A stretch of DNA of 64,000 nucleotides from Octopus vulgaris (taxonomy: Eukaryota), in NCBI GenBank assembly GCA_951406725.2, contig OX597828.1, positions 17,360,001 to 17,424,000 of the forward strand. The letters are read 5' to 3'. The notes below the pieces were generated by a model. That model saw nothing but the letters and a program-made list of their open reading frames with translations, did not search any database and had not been told where the DNA came from. Positions 39,633-53,170 of this stretch are shown here, piece after piece; the stretch's first letter is position 1; every line of letters starts with the position of its first letter. The position numbers and the translations under genes were made by a program.

Positions 39633-39672
<40 letters not shown>

Positions 39673-39837
39673 TATGTATACATATATATGTATGTATATA
39701 TATATATATATACATGTATACATATACACATATGCATATACATACATATAAATATATACGCCCATTTGTATATATATTCATATTTAAAAAATGTATATAT
39801 ACGCGTCTATATACATGAATGTACATGATATACATAC

Positions 39838-39885
<48 letters not shown>

Positions 39886-39975
39886 GTATTTATGTATGTA
39901 TGTATATATATTAGAGCTCTATATGTATGAATGTGTGTATGAGTGTGTGCATGTGTGCATGCGTGTGCGTGCGTG
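39010..39975. repeat. ~1-kb compound microsatellite (TATG, CA, TA, TATC, CT)
   Basis: Direct reading. Confidence 0.95.
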
Positions 39976-40334
39976 TTCTTGGGCTCGTGTATATTATTGT
40001 TGATTAGACATAGAGTTGATAAATCTTGGTAGTATTTTTCTATTTTTCTCATTTTCCTGCCGTCTTACATTCCACAAGCCACATTCTCATATACTTTCAA
40101 CGTTATTTATTCCTCATCTATCAACAACAATGTTTACAGACGTTCCTCACCAGACTCGGGAATTATTTTACTGTGAAGCAGAAGGATAATTGTGAACATA
40201 CCGTACCACCCAACATTTGTGCTCCTTAGAATTCCAGAGATGCTTCATGGTCCCCTGATGATATCTGACAAAAACTACCCTCAGGCAGTACATAATCTTT
40301 GCATGCTCTATCGAAAGAAAGCAGCGCAGAAATC

Positions 40335-40450
40335 CAACAAATACAAAAACAACAAAAACAACAACAACAATGATAATAATAATAATAATAATAATAATAG
40401 TAATAATAGTAATAATAATAATAATAGTAATAGTAATAACAATAATGATG

Positions 40451-40493
<43 letters not shown>

Positions 40494-40649
40494 TAATAAT
40501 AATAATTATAATAATAATAATAATAATAGTAATAATAATAGTAATAATAATAATAATGATAATAATAATGATAATAGTAATAATAATAGTAATAATAATA
40601 ATAATAATAATAGTAATAATAATAATAATAGTAATAATAATAGTAATAT

Positions 40650-40680
<31 letters not shown>

Positions 40681-40693
40681 GATAATAAAAATG

Positions 40694-40729
<36 letters not shown>

Positions 40730-40798
40730 TTAATAATAATAATAATAACAACAACAACAACAACAACAACATCAACAACGGCGATGATGATGATGATA
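40335..40798. repeat. Long (AAT)n tract with AGT/GAT/AAC variants
   Basis: Direct reading. Confidence 0.95.
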
Positions 40799-41092
40799 GC
40801 CAAATTCTTTAGAAGCAATGAAACACATGTCAAAATCTAAACCTCATCATGCGTCCTGACACGGTTTTTATTCAGAGAATAAACGTTGTGAAAAGCTGTT
40901 GACATTAATACTGAAAGAGAAAATATAAAATATACAGTCGTTTCTACGAGATCAATTTAATATTTGAATTAATTATCGTTTACCAGGCCTGGCACGTGCG
41001 CTGATGCTGCAGCATTCGCCATGGAATTGTTTAATTTATTTCTGTGTAATGTGTATTGTATTGGTAATTATTAGAAATAAATTAACGTCATT

Positions 41093-41163
41093 ATGTATGT
41101 ATGTATGTATGTATGTATGTATGTATGTATGTATGTATGTATGTATGTATGTATGTATGTATG

Positions 41164-41196
<33 letters not shown>

Positions 41197-41263
41197 ATAT
41201 ATATAAATATATACATATATATATATATACATATATACATAGAGATAGATATAGCTATATACA

Positions 41264-41321
<58 letters not shown>

Positions 41322-41472
41322 TGTTATCGTGTGTGTGTGGGAGTATGTGTATGTTTGTGTGTTTGGGTTCAATTTTGTGAATGTGTGAATGTGAGCTTTG
41401 TATCAGCATGTTTGCGTATATGCATACGTATTGAATTATGCATGAATGTATGCATGCGTGTGTGTGTGTGTG

Positions 41473-41526
<54 letters not shown>

Positions 41527-41698
41527 AAGAATGACAGAGATAGAATGAATGAAAGAAAAAAATGATTGATAGATAGGTACATTGGTACATAAATAGACAG
41601 ACAGAGCGGTACGTACATGTGAAATTACACATACTTATGACGATGTATGTATTTATAATACACACACACACACATGCATACACACATACATACATACA

Positions 41699-41734
<36 letters not shown>

Positions 41735-41790
41735 TATATATACGCGTACGCATACATACACATACAAATACGCGCGCTCGCACTCACTCT
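41093..41790. repeat. (TATG)n/(TA)n/(GA)n/(TACA)n compound microsatellites
   Basis: Direct reading. Confidence 0.9.
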
Positions 41791-42097
41791 TCTTTATGGA
41801 CATATGAATCGAAATTAAGCCGTTCCTTCATTAACCGATATAAACTATTATTGTTTCTGCTATTGTTGCAGTTGTTTAAAACCCGAACGGGCCCTTCCCG
41901 TAAAATCGTTCTAACCGCAAACATCCAACATTTTTATTCCTTTTTAATTTAATTCCGTATGTCATAAATGATTACATTATTATCGCATGTCCAAATTCTG
42001 TTATTGTTTCAAAGAAATTTAAATGTAATTTAGCTGTTATTTCTAACATATCAAATGTACTGATAGCGATTAATTAATGTGGCAAGGTACATTTAAC

Positions 42098-42302
42098 GAG
42101 GCGAACTGGCTGAATCATGAGAGCAACAAGCAAAGGGGTTAGCGACATTTCTTCCGTCTGTACGTTCTGAGTTCAAAGTCGACTTCGTCGTTCATTCTTT
42201 TGGGGTCGATAAAATAAGTTCTAACTGGGGTCGATGTAATGGACATAATCCTTTTCCCCACCCCGTACTTCCCGGCCTTATGTCAAAATTTGAAATCAAT
42301 AT
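42098..42302 (+). mobile_element. SINE family B, diverged
   Basis: tacgttctgagttcaaagtcgac...ggggtcgataaaataag...aaaatttgaaatcaat. Confidence 0.7.
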
Positions 42303-42320
42303 GACAAGATACAATTTTTT

Positions 42321-42630
42321 GTGGAGGCACATGGCCTAGTGGTCAGAGCAGCGGACTCGCGGTCGAGGGATCGCGGGTTCGAATCTCAGATCGGGTGATG
42401 TGTGTATTTATGAGCGAAACGCCTAAGATCCACGCGGCTCCGGTAGAGGGTACTGGCGAACCTCTGCTGACTCTTTTGCCTTAACTTTCTCTCACTCTTT
42501 CCTCCTGCATCTTGCAGCTCACCTGCGACGGACCGGCGTCCTGTCCAGGTGGGGAACCGATACGCCAAGGAAACCGGGAAACTGGCCCTTATGAGCCAGT
42601 CGTGGATCGAGAAGGAACAAACAAAACATC
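42321..42630 (+). mobile_element. tRNA-headed SINE, head C + tail X, with TSD
   Basis: A/B boxes tggcctagtgg and gggttcgaatctc; TSD agatacaatttt at 42307-42318 and 42631-42642. Confidence 0.92.
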
Positions 42631-43045
42631 AGATACAATTTTAGTGGTTTTCTTCAAGAAAAATCTGTTTAACTGTTACATATGGTAGTGGATCTCCGTC
42701 GCTTGATGTGAGGATCTGTCTATTAGATCTTGTGGATTACCTGCTCCTTAATTAAAATGTTGCCGATAATTCCAGAGACATCGTTAAAATTTTAACTTAA
42801 TTCTCCGGCAAAATCGGCGTGTGGCAGTGAGTATAACAAGACCCAACATTTCAATTCCAGGTACCATCCACCCGACAATTTTCTATACTATTTTGGTCTA
42901 TTCGATTTCACTCCCAAGATAAAGGCTGAATGTAGGCTAAATAAAAGCTCCTTCGCTTTAAATGCTACGCTGCAAATTCAACACAGTACGCCGTATATGT
43001 GGATGGTTAAATTATTTTTAACTCTTCGGGTATGCTGAGACATAT

Positions 43046-43392
43046 ACTCTACTCTTTTACTCTTTTACTTGTTTCAGTCATTTGACTGCAGGACTTATTC
43101 TTTGTAAGCCCAGTACTTATTCTATCGGTCACTTTTGCCGAACCGCTAAGTTACAGGGACGTAAACACACCAGCATCGGTTGTCACGCAATGCTAGGGGG
43201 ACAAACACAGACACACAAACACACATACATACATATATACGACAGGCTTCTTTCAGTTTCCGTCTACCAAATCCACTCACATGGCATTGGTCGGCCCGGG
43301 GCTATAGTAGAAGGCACTTGCCCAAGATGCCACGCAGTGGGACTGAACCCGGAACCATGTGGTTGGTAAGCAAGCTACTTACCACACAGGCA
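43046..43392 (-). mobile_element. SINE family A with internal deletion
   Basis: Colinear with 20165-20576. Confidence 0.88.
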
Positions 43393-43749
43393 GATACATC
43401 TCCGTTTGTGTGCATATTCGTGTATTTGTCATAGTGGGTGTATGTTTGTGTGGTGCGAGCGTGGGTGTGTGTAATTAAGGCCTATTTCGTATCAGTTACT
43501 GAGATAATGACTAACTGGAGATAATTACTGTCGTTATTATGTCTGTCTCCATAACATACACACGCACACACGCACACACGCACTCACGCACACCCCCGCA
43601 CGCATGCGTACTCTCACACACACAAGAGAAAGAGAGAGAGACACAGACAGATATAGCCTGAGAGGGAAACAGAGAAAGGAGAGAGAATATGTTTGAGTTT
43701 GTGTGTGTGTGCATGTGTAAGCTAATATTTAGGATGTGTAAAAAAAAAA

Positions 43750-44175
43750 AGCGGCGCGCTACTGGATCTTTAGCGCGCCGAGAAAAATGCCTTCTGGTAT
43801 TTTCTCCAGGCGGTGAGCTGGCAGAAACGTTAGCGCGCCGGACGAAATGCTGAGCGGTATTTCGTCTGCCGCTACGTTCTGAGTTCAAATTCCGCCAAGG
43901 TCGACTTTGCCTTTCATCCTTTCGGGGTTGATAAATTAAGTACCAGTTACGCACTGGGGTCGATGTAATCGACTTAATACCTATGTCTGTCCTTGTTTGT
44001 TCCCTCTGTGTTTGGCCCCTTGTGGGTAATAAAGAAATAGGTATTTTCTCCAGGTTTACGTTCTGCGTTCGAATTGCGCCATGGTCAACTTTGCCTTTTA
44101 TTCATTCGGGGTTGATGAAATAATTATCAGTCTGGCACGTGAGAATTTATAATCGACTTAACCCCTTCCCCGAAT
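43750..44175 (+). mobile_element. Young family B SINE (about 43809-44039) nested in an older family B SINE
   Basis: Duplicated ggtattttctccagg at 43796-43810 and 44040-44054; old head before it, old body after it. Confidence 0.88.
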
Positions 44176-44247
44176 TTAGAGTATTGCTACTTGTTACTTT
44201 GATATGACTGCTTAAAAATATGGTACTTGGATATGACCGCTTAAATT

Positions 44248-44471
44248 CTTATTTCTTTACTGCCCACAAGATGCTACACACAGATGGGACAAACAAGGAC
44301 AAATGGATTAAGTCGATTACATCGACCCCAGTGCGTAACTGGTACTTACTTAATCGACCTCGAAAAGATGAAGGGCAAAATCGACCTCGGCGGAATTTGA
44401 ACTCAGAACGTAACGGCAGACGAAACCACTAAGCATTTCGCCCGGCGTGCTAATGTTTCTGCCAGCTCGCA
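44248..44471 (-). mobile_element. SINE family B at the edge of a minisatellite
   Basis: tatttctttactgcccacaag...ggaatttgaactcagaacgtaacggcagacgaaacc...gccagctcgc. Confidence 0.88.
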
Positions 44472-45180
44472 GCATTTAGATATGACCCTTTAAATTCTCT
44501 TTAATATTTAAATATGACACTTTAATTTTACTTTTAAGCATTTATATATCACCCTTTAAATTCTCTTGTAGCATTTAGATATGATCCATTAAACTCTCTG
44601 TGTGGCATTTAGATATGACCCTTGAAATTCTCTTTGTAATATATACATATGAGCTTTACATACTCTTTCTATTTAAATATGAACCTTTAAAATCACTTTG
44701 TAGCATTAAAATACGACCATTGACATTGTCTTTGTAATATTGAAATATGACCCTTTAAATTCTCTAAGCAGCATTTAAATATGACCCTTTAAATTCTCTT
44801 TCTAATATTTAAATATGGCCCTTTAGATTATATGGCCCTTTAAATTCTCTTTGTTGTTTTAGAAATGACCCTTTAAATTCTCTTTGTAATATTCAAGTAT
44901 GACCCTTTAAATTCTCTTGTAGCATTTAAATGTGACCCTTTAAATTCTCTAAGCAGTATCTAGATATGTCCCTTTAAATTCTCTTTGTAGCATTTAGACA
45001 AGACCTATTAAATTCTTTTTGTATCTATTAGATATGACCCTTTCAATTCTGTAAGCAGCATTTAGATATGACTCTCAATTCTTTGTGACATTTAGATATG
45101 GCCCTTTAAATTTTTTGTGACTTTTAAATATGGCCCTTTAAATTCTCTTTGTAACATTTAGGTATGACCTTCTAAATTCA
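44472..45180. repeat. Minisatellite, ~35-37-bp unit (gcatttagatatgaccctttaaattctctttgta), about 20 diverged copies
   Basis: Recurring atatgaccctttaaattctct; two more eroded units at 44195-44250. Confidence 0.92.
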
Positions 45181-45429
45181 GATTTCCAATCCTGATGAGG
45201 TTCGTGTTGCCTTCCATCATTTTCGGAGTTGAGAATCATACAGATAGTTAAGTAACTGGAGGATACAAATGTTGATATAAATCACCTGGAAATGCGACAC
45301 AAATCAATAAGATCAACCAATCAATCGGTACTGACGATAACAACGAAAAAGAGTTGAAGCCACTGATTTTAGTCTCCTTATTGAGTCACTTTTATGTTAC
45401 ATGAATATGGGGTGATAACAATACTTTCA

Positions 45430-45530
45430 AATTCTGGAGCAAGGCCAAAAGTTGGGGATTAAGTAAGTCGATCCTATCGACCTATGTGCTCAGCTGGTAT
45501 CTATCTTATCGACGCCGAAAGAAGCCCATC

Positions 45531-45591
<61 letters not shown>

Positions 45592-45812
45592 ATTGTGCGT
45601 GTATGTTTGTGTGTCTGTGTTTGTCCCCCAAACATCGCTTGACAACCAATGCTGGTGAATTTACGTCCCCGTAACCTAGCGGTTCGGCAATAGAGACCGA
45701 TAGAATAAGTACTAGCTTACAAAGAATAAGTCCTGGCTCGATTTGCTTGACTAAAGGCGGTACTCCAACATGGCCACAGTCAGATGACTGAAACAAGTAA
45801 AAGAGTAAAACA
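45430..45812. mobile_element. Family B fragment (-, 45430-45515) fused to a family A 3' portion (+, 45515-45812)
   Basis: gaaagaagcccatcg(ta)n...gactgaaacaagtaaaagagtaaaa. Confidence 0.8.
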
Positions 45813-45861
<49 letters not shown>

Positions 45862-46060
45862 GTGAATGGAAGAATTATATTAAACTTAAATTAATTATAT
45901 TAATTATATTAAACTTCAATTATCCGCACCAACGCACGGTTGCAACACCAAATGGTCTTATCTCCAACCGTGTTTTTTTCTGCTGTGATTTTTGCTACCC
46001 AGGTATCGGTTAAACTTTTGAATAATCTGTAACAAGAAAATTCATCTTTCCATTTCATTT

Positions 46061-46375
<315 letters not shown>

Positions 46376-46978
46376 AGGTCCCGGGTTGATTCGGGGTTAA
46401 CAGTACTAGTCCTGTAGAATGAAACAGTACTAGTCCTGTAGAAGCTCCTTCTATATAATAAATTAATATATGTATGTATATATATGTATGTATGTATGTA
46501 TTTGATCTTTGTCACTTTAGTGGCGTACATATCTCTGCATTTGGGTTGTAAACTTGCGAATTAGCCCTCCATATTACTTATAATTTTCACTTTTACCGCT
46601 TATAATATCACCGAATGATTTCAACAGAAATCTTATAAACTGACAAGGTGAGATGTGTTTAACCCTAGGCGATGTGAGAGCCACCTATGAGCTTTACGAT
46701 GAGTGAGCATCAAAAAGCAAAATCATCGGTGATCTGGTTATATCTGCTGCCATAGGGAGATTGCCTCCCTTGTCAATCATCAAGATAGTGCATTCTGTGA
46801 CTATTGAGTTGCTTTGACTCTTATTTCTAGCAATACTGGGGCTCATTAGTGAGGTTTATATTTCTGCCTTTAAGTTCTAAAATTGCGAATTAGCCACCCA
46901 TATTATTTATATATAAATATATATATATATAAAAACACACACAGGCGCGTATCTGTTTGTCTATCTATCTATCCATCC

Positions 46979-47045
<67 letters not shown>

Positions 47046-47062
47046 CATCTATCTATATATAC

Positions 47063-47093
<31 letters not shown>

Positions 47094-47094
47094 C

Positions 47095-47135
<41 letters not shown>

Positions 47136-47302
47136 GATGTGTGTGTGTATGTATGTATATGGGTGTGTGCGTGTGTGTGTTTATGTATATGTATGTATGT
47201 GTGTGCGTATACATATTTGTATATTTGTGTATATATGTATACATAGATGTGTATGTATATATGTACATACATATGAGAGTGTGTGTGCACGCGTGTGGAT
47301 GT

Positions 47303-47570
47303 GAAGGAGCGTGGCTTTGTGTTTAGAGTATATTGCAGTGCTATGTGCCACTGAGCTACTCAGTATTTCACGTAGCCTCAGTCCACTCAGCTGGCAAAAA
47401 TGAGTTGCACCCACCCTTGTCATACTCTGTGTCACGTTGAATCTCCCTGAGAACTAAGAGAACTGCTTTTTTATGGAGTGCTCTGTCAGTTGCAGGTTAA
47501 TTTCATGACCAGGCTGCTACGTTGATGGAATGAACTGAGACACTAGCCGCCATAACGGACAGAGTGTCAG
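47303..47570 (+). mobile_element. Degenerate SINE, head D + tail Y
   Basis: cagtccactcagctggcaaaaatgagttg...ctctgtgtcacgttgaatctccctgagaacta...gttaatttcatgaccaggctg. Confidence 0.7.
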
Positions 47571-47981
47571 TCACATATATGTAAACTAAAATAGCAATGA
47601 GCGTAGCATACTTAATGTATATTGTTAGTAATGACCAAAATGATAGAAGTAGTTGATACGGGAATAGGGATGAAAAATAAATGAGAAAATAATAGAACTG
47701 TAAATAGAGATGAGGTTAACAGTTATATAGGTGTGTAGTTTTACCTGAGAAATTCTATCATTGGGTGGTGCCAGGAAAAGATGATGGTGTAGTTAGTTGT
47801 AAGGTGATACACAATAAGATACCCTTTTCAAATGCACACACACAAACACACCCACACACACACACATTTACATGTTACGTATCCTTACATATTTTTATAT
47901 GTGTAGATATAGAGATTGGTATATCTATCTATCAATCTATCTCTACCTATCTCTCTATCAATATATCTATCAACCTATCTG

Positions 47982-48012
<31 letters not shown>

Positions 48013-48378
48013 CTATATATATACATATACATAAAGTGTATTACGCATTCCATCTCCTCTCTCTCTCTATATATATATATATATGCATATATATATATAT
48101 GCATATATATATATATGCATATATATATATATATATATGCATATATATTGATAGACACAGAGAGAGTGAGCGGAGGGAAACATAGCTATATATACCCGTG
48201 TCGGGATTTAAAAACGTACTTAAAATCGGCACATAAAACCATGTGCGTTATATATATATATATATATATATATGCCGAAAGCTTTTACATGCCGAATGGG
48301 GCTTTTACATGCCGAAATCTACTTGGTGTAATTGATAATTATCCCTAATTAATTAATTTCACCCTTTATTATTACTGA

Positions 48379-48381
<3 letters not shown>

Positions 48382-48476
<95 letters not shown>

Positions 48477-48558
48477 TGTATGTATGTATGTATATATATA
48501 TGTATGTATGTATATATATATGTATGTATGTATATATATATGTATGTATGTATGTATG

Positions 48559-48632
<74 letters not shown>
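48382..48632. repeat. (TA)n/(TATG)n microsatellite
   Basis: Direct reading. Confidence 0.95.
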
Positions 48633-48635
<3 letters not shown>

Positions 48636-49140
48636 ATTTAAAAAGAAATAGATTCACTGACTTAGATACATGTATGCAATTAAGCTTAGCAACAGACACA
48701 CACACATACATACATCAACAGTACGTATAGATTTTATATTATGTATAACATGATAGGTATATAATAATTTCATGGGTGTGTGGAGATATAAATGTAATGG
48801 CATATAAATAACTCGTAACTGTACAACATATTCATTCTCTATGAATCATTTATCTCTACATGTACATTGATTATATGCATATTATATGAAGTTTTATTAA
48901 ACTCATATAATAAGGCGGTATTACTTTCCCTTTATATATATATATATAAATATATAAATATACAAAGTAAGATTGGGGTTATGAGGGTAACCCACTATGG
49001 GATATCAGTTATCCAATATATATATACATATGCATTTTGAGTATCTGTTTTACCATTTATTTTCTTGTTCTTATTGGATAGTATGGGAAACATATTGTTT
49101 ATATATCAATATTATTATTATAACTTTGTAGTTATGTATA

Positions 49141-49263
49141 TCCTCTGACGAGGCCTTTGGTTATTTAAACAGACAAATATAATCTAAGACTATACTACAA
49201 TGGCATATGTGAGCAATTTAAGTTGGATTGTCTCTTGACCATAGGCAGAAACAGCTGTAAGGA
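49141..49263 (+). ncRNA. Type I hammerhead motif with a very long stem II insertion
   Basis: tcct CTGACGA ggcctttggtta...(~70 nt incl. agacaa/ttgtct)...tgaccataggca GAAA cagctg TA agga; only the first stem II pair (G/A) mismatches. Confidence 0.65.
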
Positions 49264-49466
49264 GCAGTTTATTTGTATTATTTTTATTTTATTATCAATT
49301 TGTATATTGATGTATATTGTTTTGCTCGATTTTCATGTTCCTATTTGTATAATTAATAAATAATATGAAATTTAAATATCCGTAAGTTGATGAACGAAGT
49401 GAATTTGTTCCTCCATTTTCTTATATATATATATATTGAGAGAGAGAGAGAGAGAGAGAAAGAGAG

Positions 49467-49503
<37 letters not shown>

Positions 49504-50724
49504 AATTCAGTCGTCACTAAATATAACTAAGGGAGCAGAAGCATCTACATGGCTAGAAATAAGAGTGAAATTACTCTTAATGTTGTAAGAAATGCGCAAA
49601 TAAACACATACACTGATGGGAGAGGTAACCGCCCCATGAACGTCTTGAAGATCAACCGGACAAGGCCTAGTTTCAACTGTACGTAGGCATTGTCAGCAGT
49701 GAGTGCACGAATGGCAAATGGCCGGCTAATTCCGTGTACCAGCACATATATTTTTACAATAAAAAATTATGATTGATTTAGGGAAATACTAACGCGTATA
49801 CTAAAAATTAATTTAGACAGCCAGGTTTAATGTGATACCATAACGGAAAGCAACAAACTAAGTTTGACTAACGGTTCGGAATCACTTACATTAGGAAATA
49901 AGAGTTAGAATATACTTCATGCTTTAAGAAGAACGGCATTTTATACATATACTGACAGGGGAGGTAACCGCTCCTTAATCACACTTAATGACGATTGAAA
50001 TTTTTCTTTGTGTGATCATATTGCGTCTCGTTTTTTTATATTCCTTGATATGTGTGTGAGTGTGTGTGAGTGTGAGTGTGTGTGTGTGTGTGTATGTGTG
50101 TGTGTGTGTGTGTGTAAAAGCTAATAGATTAATAAAATATAAAAGCAACGAAAAGAAATAAGCGATAAATAAATGTGATTGGGTACAGTATGATATTTTG
50201 TACGAAATATAGATGAACGTACGAAGCGAGAGTCAGAGAGAATTCCAGTAGATTATTCTGGGAGGGATGAATGTGCAGGAAAGGCTAGTGAACTGGAATG
50301 GGGGAGATTAGTATTGATACAACCAAAGAAAGAGCAGAGAAAGGTGAGAGAAAAAAATGAAAATAATTAGACGTTGGGGAAGAAACGTTGGAGAAGAAAG
50401 TTAGACAAGATTGGTAAAGACAGATAAGTAGAATGATTGAGTAAGCGAGAGATATGTTGACATTGACAAGGAAGCGAATAGGGTTGATTTGATGTATATA
50501 CAAATGTGTATGTACGTGTGTTTGTATTTATATATATATATGTGTGTATGTGTTTGTGTTTGTGTGCGTGTGTATGTGCGTGTGTGTGTGTGTTTGTGTA
50601 TGTGTGTGTATGTGCGTATGTATGTGCGTGGTGTTGTGTTGTCCCTTAATGCTCGAGATGTTATGATACGAATTAAGGCTGAATATCCTAATCATATCAA
50701 ACACTTAGCAGTGCATTCATTCAA

Positions 50725-51290
50725 CGTACCTTCCAGAAGTTTTGGGACTTCTTCAGGAGAGGCATTTATTGATTTCAAAGAAGTGCAAATCTCTAATCTC
50801 CTTCCAAGTTGGTTCCTCTCAATTCAATGCACTAGCTGTAACACCCCAGCCACTTTGTAAAAGCCTTTCAAATTAATCCAAAGCAAAGGTGACCAAGACC
50901 CATGTCACAGCCTCCATCATCTTTTCCTTCTCCTTGGAGTACAACCGAAAGTCACCGGAAGCAAGATCTTGAGTGTAGCACAGGTGAGGGACAGTTTTGA
51001 TGCCCATTTCTCCAGTAATTGGTTACCTGGATGGTACTGTACACAGGCACATTGTCCCAGTTCAGCTGGATGTTCTGGCCTTGTCCGATGATATCGCTTC
51101 CTGATCTCCCTCAAAGCCCCAAAATTATAATCCCCGTTGCCCCATTTGAAAGCCAGTAAATGTACATAATGCTCTTGCTGTAGAAGAAGTAGACCCTCAT
51201 GAGTTTCCCGGTGGACATTCTTTGCCTGGCATCTGGTGTCAGCGAAAAACAAAGTCGGCTCGTTCATATTTATCCATAAGTAGACTAGAT
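50725..51290 (-). mobile_element. Mariner transposase pseudogene (catalytic half to 3' TIR side), frameshifted
   Basis: Across frames: ARQRMSTGKLMRVYFFYSKSIMYIYWLSNGAT / ALREIRKRYHRTRPE / NWDNVPVYSTIQVTNY / MGIKTVPHLCYTQDLASGDFRLYSK / CIELRGTNLEGD*, matching mariner HQDNAPVH and HPPYSPDLAPCDF motifs. Confidence 0.88.
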
Positions 51291-51722
51291 CATAGAAATT
51301 TTTGTAGTGTTTTGCCAAGTTTAATCAAAACCTTATTGTAGAGAGACCTACTAAATTGTCCCCATATTCTGATTGTATGTTGCAAACTAGTGATCTGTGA
51401 ATATAATAAAGAACGTTGGCTTCTTAGATGTGTCGTAATGATATTCAAAGATTATGACAACCTATGACGGTTACAACTGCCTCTTTTAAGAATGTCTGCA
51501 AACCTCTGGAATGCATCTTGCCAATTTTGTGTTTATTTGTATTTATGTTCAGCAGGTAAATGTCTCACAAATTTGAAGTAATCTAAAGAAACAATTTACG
51601 GATATTTTTTTAAAGTCTAGTATTCTCGACCGCTAAGTTACGGAGACGTAAACACACCAACACCGGTTCTGAGACGATGGGAGGACAAAAAGAGATACAC
51701 GCCCATATATATTTCTGTGTCC

Positions 51723-51758
51723 CTTTCTGTAGAAGAGCGTAGGCTCGAAACGTAAAAG
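51723..51758 (+). ncRNA. Minimal hammerhead-like motif with core variant, in a ~140-bp module ending in (TA)n
   Basis: cttt CTGTAGA a gagc gtag gctc GAAA CG TA aaag; second family member at 59190-59224. Confidence 0.5.
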
Positions 51759-51847
51759 ACTTATTCTATTCCTGAGCGTTATACTAATACATCTGTTTGT
51801 TTTGTACACCATCTGTCTTCGTCTTTTGTCTTTTCGTAAAATCTGCC

Positions 51848-51902
<55 letters not shown>

Positions 51903-52075
51903 ACGATGAACTTCCATACAACTTCCGCCAACCAGCTTCGCATACAAGGTATTGTTGATCCTGGAGAAATAGCAGAAGCCACTTGCCCAGAGTGCCACAC
52001 AGTGGATGGTGGATGTGAATCTATAACCATGCTGCTGCAGAGCAAGCTTCTGAAATACACACCCATGCTTGTGCT

Positions 52076-52299
<224 letters not shown>

Positions 52300-52839
52300 C
52301 CACCGCCCTGTTCTTTCTGAATATTGCCTGATTACTTTCTATGTAAATACTATATATTGTAAGACTTTCTATTTATCTCCAACCTAGAGTACAATAGACC
52401 GGAGCTAGCTAGCCTTTATAATTTTCTACTATTATTTTGCCAATCCCCTCTTGTCTGCACAACGAATTTGTACACCCCTGAAGCTGAGTCCTTTCTAATA
52501 CCCCCACTATTTAAATTAATGTTTATATAATGAGTCTAATTCCTCACAGCCCTAATAAAAATTTTCCTATGAATATTTCTTTCAACAATTTCGTTGCCTA
52601 TCGCTGCCTCTCTCTGCCTCTAGCTGCCTATGCGCAAAGATTTCCCTGAACACAAACGTGTATATTCAATATAATTTGTATCATTGTAGGAAAGCCGGCA
52701 ATAGCTTTGGGGAATGGTTTCCTTTTGGGATTTAAAAGTCAAAAATCAAAACAAACAGCCATAAATAGCACATACTTTTGACGCTGGGTACACGTGAACT
52801 TTCTCCTAGTGTATACAAGAATCGACTAGTCCTGTAATC

Positions 52840-52850
52840 CATACATACAT

Positions 52851-52917
<67 letters not shown>

Positions 52918-52934
52918 CATATACATATATATAC

Positions 52935-52968
<34 letters not shown>

Positions 52969-52976
52969 ATATATAC

Positions 52977-53008
<32 letters not shown>

Positions 53009-53010
53009 AC

Positions 53011-53041
<31 letters not shown>

Positions 53042-53170
53042 CATATATATACATATATATATATGTAAATATATATATATATATGTATGTATATGTATAT
53101 ATATATGTGTGTGTATATGTATATATATATATATATATATTATATACACACACGTGTGTGTGTGTGTATG
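52840..53170. repeat. (TA)n/(TACATA)n microsatellite
   Basis: Direct reading. Confidence 0.95.

Noticed and set aside
44472-45180. CRISPR array
   Set aside because: Units are diverged tandem copies without unique spacers; eukaryotic context and no cas genes.
45190-45235. CTGATGAG at about 45192 as a hammerhead core
   Set aside because: It is a mutated family B SINE segment (ccgccgaggtcgactttgcctttcatc) with no GAAA partner.
50917-51318. LWINMNEPTLF resembles the GH31 glucosidase nucleophile motif WxDMNEP
   Set aside because: The catalytic Asp is absent and the adjacent sequence is a frameshifted mariner transposase; WINMNEP is better explained as a decayed mariner WIYxYDP motif.
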